Source of the DNA: a virus
Taxonomy: Duplodnaviria > Caudoviricetes
IMG/VR virus record: IMGVR_UViG_3300004281_000002
Coordinates: 1 to 60,999 of that record
Strand: one strand, 5' to 3'
Length of the DNA: 60,999 nucleotides
Each line of letters begins with the position of its first letter. Position 1 is the first letter of the stretch. Under the pieces are notes generated by a model. The model was not told the origin of the DNA and ran no database searches. It saw nothing but the letters and a program-made list of their open reading frames with translations. Shown in pieces: positions 16,172 through 23,385 of this stretch. The translations under genes and the position numbers were made by a program.

Positions 16172-16181
16172 TTATGGTGGA

Positions 16182-16211
16182 GTTTTATCACAAATGCCGG
16201 GGGAATTTCAA
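16182..16211 (-). promoter_or_regulatory. Sigma70-like promoter for the recombination operon (TTGAAA-18-TAAAAC)
   Basis: TTGAAA (16206-16211) and TGaTAAAAC (-10 at 16182-16187), just downstream of the terminator and ~10 nt before the RuvC-like ATG. Confidence 0.55.
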
Positions 16212-16217
16212 TGCCCC

Positions 16218-16253
16218 ACAAAAAGAAGGGGCCAGCCCGACCAGGCTGGCCCC
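16218..16253 (-). terminator. Intrinsic terminator (3' end of the candidate sRNA)
   Basis: GGGGCCAGCC / GGCTGGCCCC 10-bp stem (16228-16253) followed by TTCTTTTTGT on the minus strand. Confidence 0.85.
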
Positions 16254-16315
16254 ACGCAAGGAGACCTCGGGTATCACCCCGAGCACGGATCGACCTATGG
16301 CGAAGCGGACCCGTT
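16218..16315 (-). ncRNA. Candidate trans-acting antisense sRNA (anti-RBS / anti-start-codon)
   Basis: Three hairpins. The first hairpin presents UUCGCCAUAGGUC(G) and the linker GUCUCCUUGCGU is single-stranded. Both are complementary to translation-initiation regions of phage early/middle genes. Confidence 0.65.
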
Positions 16316-16348
16316 ACCCCTCCTCATACCACAGATCGAAGGTCGGGG

Positions 16349-16621
16349 CTAGGGCTTCCCCCGCCAGGGGTTTACTTCGTCCCACGGGGCATCGGGGGCG
16401 GGGGAACGGCGGGGGGCGGGGCGCCGGGGTCGTTGCTGGGGGTATTGGGCACGAAGCCAGCGGTGTTCGAGCCGACGCCGCCAGCCCTTGGGTGGCGGCC
16501 AGGACACACCCCACTCGGCCAGCAAGGCTCGGGAGAAGCCCGAGTTGGCGGTGCTCCGAGCCTTGATCTCCTCGGGGCTCACCAGTGGCAGTCCCCGTTT
16601 CGTACGGAGCCGGGGTTCCAT
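16349..16621 (-). CDS. Small conserved phage protein (WGVSWPPPKGW motif)
   Basis: EEIKARSTANSGFSRALLAEWGVSWPPPKGWRRRL; GAGG RBS. Confidence 0.75.
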   Translation of the reverse strand: MEPRLRTKRGLPLVSPEEIKARSTANSGFSRALLAEWGVSWPPPKGWRRRLEHRWLRAQYPQQRPRRPAPRRSPAPDAPWDEVNPWRGKP

Positions 16622-16624
16622 GCC

Positions 16625-17311
16625 TCATGCCCTATACGCCTGTGCCTGTGTTGCCGACAAGAGCATCTCTGTGTGCCCGTTCCGCTGCCGGGTCAGCCAA
16701 TGCCCCAGGCAGCCCCGGCGCACCCGGCGCCAGCGGCGGGGGAGGGGAGCCGTAAGCATGCTCGTACGCTCGATCGTAGTCATGCTGGTCATGCTCAGAT
16801 CGACTCGATCGACTCTATCGACTCTATCGACTCTATCGACCGTAAGAGTAGAACGCTGAGACGCTCGTGTGTCCGTGCCCTCCGGGCACTTGGTATCGCA
16901 AGATTCCAGGGCGATCTTGCGATACGGTCCATCGATCTTGCCATACGGTCCAGGCAGGTACCAGTGCTCCACGCCGAACTGCCCGGACTTGTTGTAGTAT
17001 TCCCGGCGCTCCCAGCCGGTGCCAGCGTAGAGCACGCGGCGTTTCAGCCGGGGAGCGTAGGTACTGATCGACCCTCGTGGCAGCCGGATCACGTAAACCG
17101 GCTTTACCCCACGCTGCCAGGTGTAACGCCCGACCTCGATCCGGTGCTCCTGCCTGAGCCGCTGGATCGCCCACTGCACCGTGCGCTCCGGCATCCCGAG
17201 CGTGGCGCCGATCTGCCCACTCGCCAGGGAGATCGCCGTGCCGTCCTGCTCCCGGATGCGCTCAGCCAGGTACGCCAGCACCGCCTCCGCCGCCTTCGAC
17301 TGCTTGACCAT
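16625..17311 (-). CDS. Putative replication initiator (N-terminal winged HTH; internal DNA repeats)
   Basis: SLASGQIGATLGMPERTVQWAIQRLRQEHRIEV wHTH; GGGAGAGG RBS at ATG 17311; tandem and direct repeats in the 3' half, as in lambda O-type genes. Confidence 0.65.
   Translation of the reverse strand: MVKQSKAAEAVLAYLAERIREQDGTAISLASGQIGATLGMPERTVQWAIQRLRQEHRIEVGRYTWQRGVKPVYVIRLPRGSISTYAPRLKRRVLYAGTGWERREYYNKSGQFGVEHWYLPGPYGKIDGPYRKIALESCDTKCPEGTDTRASQRSTLTVDRVDRVDRVDRVDLSMTSMTTIERTSMLTAPLPRRWRRVRRGCLGHWLTRQRNGHTEMLLSATQAQAYRA
16799..16840. repeat. 9-bp tandem repeat ATCGACTCT x ~4.7
   Basis: atcgactcg atcgactct atcgactct atcgactct atcgac; encodes (VDR)n. Confidence 0.95.
16893..16952. repeat. 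Iteron-like repeats ATCTTGCSATAC (two direct, 21-bp period; one inverted)
   Basis: CGATCTTGCGATACGGTCCA (16912-16931), CGATCTTGCCATACGGTCCA (16933-16952), and an inverted GTATCGCAAGAT (16893-16904). Confidence 0.85.
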
Positions 17312-17361
17312 GCCTCTCCCTTCCACTTGCGGAGGGGCGCGGAGGCTGCTATTGGCGTATT

Positions 17362-17450
17362 CACGATCTGCCTCTGCCCTACGGGGCCCAGCCTCGCGGC
17401 GCCACCACCGCCGTACAGCCGCCCGGTTCGCGCCGGGCGGTTTCGTTTCT
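17362..17450 (+). ncRNA. Candidate counter-transcribed RNA opposite the initiator leader
   Basis: Plus-strand TTGCGG-17-TATTGG (17327-17355) and a plus-strand terminator CCGCCCGG/CCGGGCGG + TTTCGTTTCT (17419-17450), with no credible plus-strand gene between them. Confidence 0.45.
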
Positions 17451-17611
17451 AGCTCATGAACGCTCCATAGCAGAATTACGTGCTCTTGACGAATCCCGTG
17501 GTAGTTGGCACAGGGAATCTCGGGGCACCCGCGGTCCACACCCGCGCCGGGAGCTGCCAGCCTAGTAGGGGCTAGGCAGCTCCCACCCACCGCGTGCTAC
17601 AAGGGTTTTCC

Positions 17612-17905
17612 ATGCCACGGGCAGAAGGCGTGCGCTGCCGCAACTGCGGCGTGCACATCCTCTGGGGCCGGCACCGCGACGCCGATCGCTGGGTCTCGCT
17701 CGAACCGCACCTGGATGGTACCTGGGTCCGCGACGAGCACAAGGTCTGCTGGAAGATCGGCGTGGACGAGCAGACCACGCTGCCGCGCTACGTCCCGCAT
17801 ATGTTCCTCTGCGCCAAGCACAAGAAGGCCGCGAACGCCGACGAGCGGAAGCCCGTGAAGCCGCGAGCAATGCAGCTCGATCTCGCGTTGCCGACGAAGC
17901 GCTAG
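17612..17905 (+). CDS. Small Zn-finger protein (97 aa), possibly near-leaderless
   Basis: CRNCGVHILW...YVPHMFLC pattern typical of phage Zn-ribbon proteins; TGcTACAAG just upstream. Confidence 0.75.
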   Translation: MPRAEGVRCRNCGVHILWGRHRDADRWVSLEPHLDGTWVRDEHKVCWKIGVDEQTTLPRYVPHMFLCAKHKKAANADERKPVKPRAMQLDLALPTKR

Positions 17906-18615
17906 TAGGGACCGGCGATCAGGAACTTGCGGACCAGCTCGCGGAACGGGCCGTCCTGCTGCCCGAGCCAGGTGAGCACGTCCGCCATCACGTCGGGAGC
18001 GATCCGCGAGTCCCTGGTGTTGTAGCAGCCACCCCAGCAGGGATCGAACGTGACCTGGGCATCGATCCGCGAGGCCCACGAGAGCACGAACAGCTCCGCG
18101 TGCACGGTGCGCAGCTGCTGAATGGCTTCCGTCCAGCTCTCCCCGAGCGCGAGCCAGCGCTCCTCGACCTCGGCTGGCATCACGGAGTCCGGGTAGCTGT
18201 CCGCAATCGTTGCCAGCTGGTCGTCAATCTGGCAGAGCACCGCGATGCACTGGCGGTGAATCTCCTCGACCTCCTGGCGCCGGAACCGCATCTGCTCCCG
18301 GAGCAGCGTGCTCAGCCGGTCACTCACCCGCGGTGGAGGCGGCAGCTGCTTGCCGGCGAAGTGCATGCCCGTGACCTCGCGCGGCAGCGCAGGCGATGGT
18401 GGCGGCGAATCATCCAGGCTGAGCGCCTGCATGAGCCCCCTCACTCCGCCGCCACCACAGCCCGCGAAGCAGTACCACTTCTCCGCGTCGTAGCTGAATG
18501 CCGTCACGTTGTCGCCCTTGTGAATCGGGCAGCGCGTGCGGAAGCCGCTGCCCTCACGGTGCCCCAGGTCCCAGCCGACGCGCGTGAGCACGTCAGCGAT
18601 CGTCGTCTCGTCCAT
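17902..18615 (-). CDS. CHC2 zinc-finger (primase Zn-binding domain) protein without a TOPRIM domain
   Basis: CPIHKGDNVTAFS...WYCFAGCGGGG; helical C-terminus. Confidence 0.85.
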   Translation of the reverse strand: MDETTIADVLTRVGWDLGHREGSGFRTRCPIHKGDNVTAFSYDAEKWYCFAGCGGGGVRGLMQALSLDDSPPPSPALPREVTGMHFAGKQLPPPPRVSDRLSTLLREQMRFRRQEVEEIHRQCIAVLCQIDDQLATIADSYPDSVMPAEVEERWLALGESWTEAIQQLRTVHAELFVLSWASRIDAQVTFDPCWGGCYNTRDSRIAPDVMADVLTWLGQQDGPFRELVRKFLIAGPY

Positions 18616-18805
18616 CGTCGTCGTCCCCTTCGGTCACGCCTGCGAGCCGGGCCAGCTCGTCGCGGATGACGCCGTAGAGGTAGCGCTCGATTTGCTGCGC
18701 CGTCGCCATGCCGGCGCGGCCCCGCTCCTTCCCGAGTCCGAGCCGCGCCTCGTGCGAGACCACGACGGAGAGATCGAGTCGGAGCGGGTCAGCCTTCCGT
18801 CTCAT
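18593..18805 (-). CDS. Hypothetical protein (70 aa)
   Basis: Fills the operon gap; plausible composition. Confidence 0.5.
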   Translation of the reverse strand: MRRKADPLRLDLSVVVSHEARLGLGKERGRAGMATAQQIERYLYGVIRDELARLAGVTEGDDDDGRDDDR

Positions 18806-18820
18806 CGAGGTCCACGGACA

Positions 18821-19078
18821 TCAGCCACTGCCCTTGGGCCGGGCCAGTTCGTCCGCGGTCCCAGCCTCTAGCCGTTCGATGAACTCGCGCAGCATCTTCA
18901 CCATGTCGGCCCGGTCGGCGTTGCTGATCCACGTGGCCTCGGGTCCCTGGAACGCAAAGATCAGCAGGGCAAAGCCGAAGCCACCCTTCTCACGGCATAC
19001 GCTGCCGATGATCGAGCCGATCTCTCGCGCCATCCTGTCCATCGTCGCCAGAAGAGCGTCGTCGAGCTGCTCACGCAT
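18821..19078 (-). CDS. Conserved small phage protein (85 aa)
   Basis: GFGFALLIF...WISNADRADMVKMLREF; GAGGAG RBS. Confidence 0.8.
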   Translation of the reverse strand: MREQLDDALLATMDRMAREIGSIIGSVCREKGGFGFALLIFAFQGPEATWISNADRADMVKMLREFIERLEAGTADELARPKGSG

Positions 19079-20594
19079 CCGTCTCCTCCTCGCGGAGCGC
19101 AGCGGCTTTGAGCGGCCAGGTCCACTGCACCACGCGTTGATGGTTCCCACACGCCACCCGCCCGAATCGGGCACCAAGCCTAGATAGCTCCTGGTGGTAG
19201 CGATCGTCCAGATGGTTCGTCTCCGTGATATGGGCTAGCTCGTGAATGAGCACCCGGTGCAGCTCGTCTTGGTGGTGCCACTGGAGCCGCCCGAGGTTCA
19301 GCACGAGCACGGCATCTTCGCCGCACGCGGCGATCACCGTCCACGCCCGGTCCCGAAAGCACTTGACCGTCACGTGCCGATCGACCAGCTCGTTGGCGAG
19401 CCACGTGGCGTACTCAATCAGCACCTGCTCCTCGGGCGAGAGCTGATCCTGTGTCAGTTCGTTAAGCTGTTTGCCCTCTCCCGGTATCGTACTGATGGCG
19501 GTCGGCGTGCCGGTCACCTTGCCAGCGGGCAGGAGCACCGTCGTCTTGCGCACGTTCTCCCACTCGCCCTTGGACATGGAGCCGCCGTGCACGACGGTGT
19601 ACCCTTCGGCCATCGCCCGCATGCTGGCCTCCGGGTCCGAGGGATCGTAGGCCACCGAGCGCTCCCCGAAGCGCAGCTTCGCCAGGTGCTTGGTGGCGTA
19701 CTCGTGGCACTCGGGGTCCGCCGCCGCCTGCCGCACCCACGGCTCCGTCGCCTGCTCCACGGTGGTGAGCTGCTCGTACAGGTGGTTCAGGAGCACGACC
19801 CCCAGCTTTCGAAGGAAGCTCGGGGTGACGTTCTCGCGGTCGAGCGTGAGTGGGACTTTCTGCGCCACGTCCACGTGCCACGGGAAGCTGGTCGCGCAGA
19901 CCGGAATGCCCATTTCGTAGAGCCACGCCCCGGTCAGCTGCTCGTAGCAGAGCACGCTCGCCTTGCGCACTGTGGCGTGGAGCAACCCATCCCCCTTGTC
20001 AACTTCGGTTGGCAGCGACACGCTGTCTGCCCCCCCGATCAGGCGGGGGCGATTGATCGGTTCTTCCGCGCCTTGGATGGTCAGCGTGGTCGGAATGGCG
20101 GGCGGGGGAATCAGGTGCCGGGCGGCCTCGACCAGCTGAGTCGTGACTGCCTTGGTCGCCATCAGGCGAAGGTTGACCTCGGTGCCCAGCGTGGTCCGCC
20201 GGTTGCCGTTGTACTCACGCGTGCCGTTAGGCCGGAAGTAGATCGTGCCCGCCACGGTCGTCACGCGAGCCGAGTTGGCACACGAGATCGCCAGCTTCTC
20301 GCCCAGGTTGAAGCGTCCGCGCTTGGTCACGTCGCTCTTCTTCTCGGAGGGCGCGAAGAGCGTGTAGAGATCGGACAGCTCCTTCACGCCCGCGAAGGCG
20401 TTGTCCGTGACGGTCAGTTCGAGCATGCCTTTGTCGTCCACGATCGTGATGCTCACGTGCTTCACCCCAGGAGCATCCCACGCGTTCTGCACCAGCTCGT
20501 GCACGATGAAGCCGTAGCCCCGGCGTGCGAGCAGCTGGCGCAGTCCGTTGGGATCGATCGTGAACCACTGCGCGGCCTTGTGTTTGACTGCCAT
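19071..20594 (-). CDS. GHKL (HATPase_c) ATPase fused to a C-terminal HExxH zincin-like domain
   Basis: ELVQNAWDA (N box), TDNAFAG, RGRFNLGEK (G boxes); C-terminal LIHELAH...H. Confidence 0.85.
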   Translation of the reverse strand: MAVKHKAAQWFTIDPNGLRQLLARRGYGFIVHELVQNAWDAPGVKHVSITIVDDKGMLELTVTDNAFAGVKELSDLYTLFAPSEKKSDVTKRGRFNLGEKLAISCANSARVTTVAGTIYFRPNGTREYNGNRRTTLGTEVNLRLMATKAVTTQLVEAARHLIPPPAIPTTLTIQGAEEPINRPRLIGGADSVSLPTEVDKGDGLLHATVRKASVLCYEQLTGAWLYEMGIPVCATSFPWHVDVAQKVPLTLDRENVTPSFLRKLGVVLLNHLYEQLTTVEQATEPWVRQAAADPECHEYATKHLAKLRFGERSVAYDPSDPEASMRAMAEGYTVVHGGSMSKGEWENVRKTTVLLPAGKVTGTPTAISTIPGEGKQLNELTQDQLSPEEQVLIEYATWLANELVDRHVTVKCFRDRAWTVIAACGEDAVLVLNLGRLQWHHQDELHRVLIHELAHITETNHLDDRYHQELSRLGARFGRVACGNHQRVVQWTWPLKAAALREEETDA

Positions 20595-20596
20595 AG

Positions 20597-20905
20597 TTAC
20601 CTCCTTGCGAGTCCAGTTTGCGGGCGCCGCTGCCGGCGCCCGTGCTCCTCAATGAGCATTGTCCACGTGAAGCACACCACCGTCCGCCACCGCATGTTCC
20701 ACACGAACGTGGCGGCGACGGGCGGGATGGGCTCCTGGTCGAGCGCTGCTTGAATCTGCTTCCACTCCCGCGCGACCAGCGCATCGCCCCGGATAGGAAA
20801 GACCATTTCCAAAAGTGCCCACCAGTACGGCACAAGCACTGCGTAGGGATCGCCCTCGGAAGGGATTGGTTCCGACCAATCGACGCATGAGTCGTACGGC
20901 TCCAT
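20597..20905 (-). CDS. Hypothetical protein (102 aa)
   Basis: TAATG coupling with the upstream gene. Confidence 0.6.
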   Translation of the reverse strand: MEPYDSCVDWSEPIPSEGDPYAVLVPYWWALLEMVFPIRGDALVAREWKQIQAALDQEPIPPVAATFVWNMRWRTVVCFTWTMLIEEHGRRQRRPQTGLARR

Positions 20906-21666
20906 TACACCGGCACGTCCCATGGGTCGGGCTCACCCGGGGCTGGCTCGGCAGCCACGGTGGTCCCGAACACGGGCGCGACGTAACGAATGTCCATGCG
21001 ATCGACGTACTCTGCGATCGGGCGGTACATATCGACCTTCTGCCCGAACGTGAATACCGGCTCCCACCACCCCACGCCTTGCGGCTTCTTGTATTCAGAC
21101 GTGAGAATCAGCTCGTAGTCCGCGATGGTCTGCACGCCCCGATCGGTATATGCCTTCCCGAGTGCCTGCGCTTTGTTGAGTGCCGTCTTGCGGCAGAGGA
21201 ACCACGCCGGCTGCACAGGCACACTCGATTCCGGTGCAGGCACGAGCACGAGCAAGAGCAGCGCGATGCCATCTGCACACGGCGGCGGCACGCGCTTCCC
21301 GCCGACGCCATCCTTCCACTGTCCATAGGGGCAGTGCGGGCAGGACTCGGAGCGCGGCTGCTGTACCCCGGTGTGCGGGACCGCGCCATCCGCCGACGCA
21401 CACACGGTGCGCGTCTGCCGCCCCTCGCCCTCCGTGAGCGTGCGGTAGTGGTGCCCACGCACGACCACGATCGGGACCTCGCTAAACACCTGGCCCCCGG
21501 TCAGCTTATACTGCCCCTGACGCCCGATGTCGTTCGGTCCTGGATTGTGAATCAGCTGGAGTCGGGGCACATCGATGCCCAGCTCCCGTGCCGTGAAGCC
21601 CTCCATGCCGAGCGGCTTCTTCACCTGGAACAATCGCTGCGGTTCGTATGGAATTAAATCACCCAT
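20905..21666 (-). CDS. Putative Zn-binding single-stranded DNA-binding protein
   Basis: PRLQL...CASADG...CPHCPYGQW...PPC pattern of phage SSB-like proteins; acidic/Pro tail; first gene of the replication operon. Confidence 0.55.
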   Translation of the reverse strand: MGDLIPYEPQRLFQVKKPLGMEGFTARELGIDVPRLQLIHNPGPNDIGRQGQYKLTGGQVFSEVPIVVVRGHHYRTLTEGEGRQTRTVCASADGAVPHTGVQQPRSESCPHCPYGQWKDGVGGKRVPPPCADGIALLLLVLVPAPESSVPVQPAWFLCRKTALNKAQALGKAYTDRGVQTIADYELILTSEYKKPQGVGWWEPVFTFGQKVDMYRPIAEYVDRMDIRYVAPVFGTTVAAEPAPGEPDPWDVPV

Positions 21667-21686
21667 ATTCCCTCCTTCGTTCCTCT

Positions 21687-21715
21687 ATGATATAACAATC
21701 GCCGTTCAAAATCAA
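21687..21715 (-). promoter_or_regulatory. Sigma70 promoter TTGATT-17-TATCAT
   Basis: AT-rich divergent intergenic region; hexamers at 21710-21715 and 21687-21692. Confidence 0.7.
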
Positions 21716-21725
21716 GTGGCTGATA

Positions 21726-22178
21726 ATGTGGCTGAATTTTGACGAATTATTTGCCGTTGCCGATCTCCATGTTAACAGACTCGATCCTCGGCGCCGGCTC
21801 TTGATGTTCGATGTCTATTACCCGCTGTACTTTGACAGGCAGGGCTGGCCGATTCCGGATGCTCCAGACTGCCCGGCCGCCATCAGATGGGCGCAGCTCT
21901 GCTACGACCGGGACTACAAGATCGTGCAGCAGGATTTGCTGCACGACGGCGGGATGCTGAGCACTATATGGATAGGACTCGATCAGGGGTGGGGATTCGG
22001 ACGGCCCTTGATCTTCGAGACCATGCGGTTTGTCGGCATCGAGGGCGAGAGCAAGCAGTTTCCCGATCCCACCGACAACATGGAGCGCACCGAGTGTCTC
22101 CGCTACAGCACCGAGGAAGAGGCGCATGCGATGCACAACGCCATCTTGCGTGCCATCCAGCGGGAGGAATACCAATGA
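21726..22178 (+). CDS. Conserved phage hypothetical protein (true start may be downstream)
   Basis: YFDRQGWPI...STIWIGLD...PLIFETM...RYSTEEEA...H motif series. Confidence 0.8.
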   Translation: MWLNFDELFAVADLHVNRLDPRRRLLMFDVYYPLYFDRQGWPIPDAPDCPAAIRWAQLCYDRDYKIVQQDLLHDGGMLSTIWIGLDQGWGFGRPLIFETMRFVGIEGESKQFPDPTDNMERTECLRYSTEEEAHAMHNAILRAIQREEYQ

Positions 22179-22714
22179 GCCGATTCAGTCGTCAACGCCG
22201 CCGCCGGCCCGCGCGTCAGGGACGCATCGAGGCTGAGCGCCACAGCGACGGCGTGTACGCGATCACGTTCGAGATTGCCCCCAAGAATGCGAGCCAAGAG
22301 GGCGCGCTCGAATGGATGCTCCAGAAGCTGACCTCGGAGCTGGGCGTCGAGGTCGCTATCAAGCGCAGCGAGGGCATCGCGGCCGTGCGCCACAAGGACG
22401 CAGAGCAGCTCACCCGCTGGGTGGATTTGACGATCCGGCTGATGATCTCGTGGCTGGGTCGGCGTGGCCTCGATCAGTTCGAGACGGACCTCAGCGCATC
22501 TGCCGCGCCACACGCCGAGCATGCCCCCGCAGACCCGCCCCAGCCCCCGGACCTCCAAAGGTCCGAATCGGACCTCCCGGCGGTCCCACCGGACCTCGAC
22601 CCGGCAGCGGACGCATTCCTGGCGGCAGGGCTCCTACGGCGCCCGCCCCGGCCGCCGCGCGCCCAGCATTCACCCGAGCCAGATCAGCCTGCCGAGCCGC
22701 CTCGTCCCCGCTGA
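22175..22714 (+). CDS. Hypothetical protein (179 aa)
   Basis: GGAGG RBS and ATGA overlap; its 3' end overlaps the convergent minus-strand gene. Confidence 0.7.
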   Translation: MSRFSRQRRRRPARQGRIEAERHSDGVYAITFEIAPKNASQEGALEWMLQKLTSELGVEVAIKRSEGIAAVRHKDAEQLTRWVDLTIRLMISWLGRRGLDQFETDLSASAAPHAEHAPADPPQPPDLQRSESDLPAVPPDLDPAADAFLAAGLLRRPPRPPRAQHSPEPDQPAEPPRPR

Positions 22715-23099
22715 GGCCGCCGAGGGCGCCCCCTGCGGCGCCAGCTGCGGTTTCGAGCCCACCAGCTTGTGCGGGCTGGCGTCCATAGCGTAGGGTCGCT
22801 CCGGTGGGCGTGGCCCCGGTCGCCATGAAGTTCTGCAACGCAGCATTGCGTGCCTCGTCGTTGCCTGGAATCCGGTTCTCGATCCGCTGCTGAAGTTGCG
22901 GGCGGCTCGCCAGGTAGTCCTGAGCGGTGCCTGCCTGCGCGGCTTGCAGGAAGCGGCCCCGCTGGAGCGGGTTGAGTCCGAGCCCGAGTCCGAGCCGGCC
23001 AGCACGCGGGGCACCAGGATTCATGGGCGCAGCCCCTGCGCCGGCTGCCGGTCCCGGTGCGCCGCCCGGCGGCGGTCCGTATGCTCCTCCAGGTCCCAT
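22491..23099 (-). CDS. Gly/Ala/Pro-rich protein, last gene of the late operon
   Basis: GGAGGT RBS; low-complexity sequence like the neighbouring internal virion proteins. Confidence 0.65.
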   Translation of the reverse strand: MGPGGAYGPPPGGAPGPAAGAGAAPMNPGAPRAGRLGLGLGLNPLQRGRFLQAAQAGTAQDYLASRPQLQQRIENRIPGNDEARNAALQNFMATGATPTGATLRYGRQPAQAGGLETAAGAAGGALGGLSGDEAARQADLARVNAGRAAAGAGAVGALPPGMRPLPGRGPVGPPGGPIRTFGGPGAGAGLRGHARRVARQMR

Positions 23100-23102
23100 G
23101 AG

Positions 23103-23276
23103 TTACCTCCCCTGGCGGGCGCTGCCGCGCCCACCGCGTCCACCGTCCGAGCGGCCCAGGCCAGGCGGACGGGCTTTGGTCTTCGTGAGCGCACGCTGCG
23201 CCCTGATCTTGGCGACAGGTCTCATAGCAGGCGGCTTCCAGGTGGCCGGCGGTGGCATGGTCGGTGGTCCGTTCAC
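23103..23276 (-). CDS. Small basic Pro/Arg/Gly-rich protein
   Basis: GGAGG followed by GTG (MNGPPTMPPP...GGRGGRG). Confidence 0.5.
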   Translation of the reverse strand: MNGPPTMPPPATWKPPAMRPVAKIRAQRALTKTKARPPGLGRSDGGRGGRGSARQGR

Positions 23277-23298
23277 GGATGCCCTCCAGACGCACACA

Positions 23299-23365
23299 GG
23301 CGGCCCAGGAGCCTCGGGACGAAGGAGGTCAGGTCCTGACCCATAACCCTGGCTCCTGGGCCGCC
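23299..23365. repeat. 15-bp perfect inverted repeat enclosing an inner hairpin
   Basis: GGCGGCCCAGGAGCC (23299-23313) / GGCTCCTGGGCCGCC (23351-23365), with inner GTCAG-GTC-CTGAC. Confidence 0.85.
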
Positions 23366-23385
23366 AGACGAGGCTGCTGGCTCGT

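Noticed and set aside
16297-16566. Plus-strand reading of the sRNA locus as RBS (ACGCAAGGAG) plus ATG of an ORF MAKRTRYPSS...
   Set aside because: The SD-to-ATG distance is 33 nt (still ~15 with the hairpin removed). The ORF is low-complexity and antisense to a credible gene (16349..16621), and the adjacent terminator is oriented for minus-strand RNA. Not fully excluded.
16799-16952. Short repeats as a mini-CRISPR array
   Set aside because: Units are 9-20 bp with no unique spacers of CRISPR length, and they lie inside a coding region.
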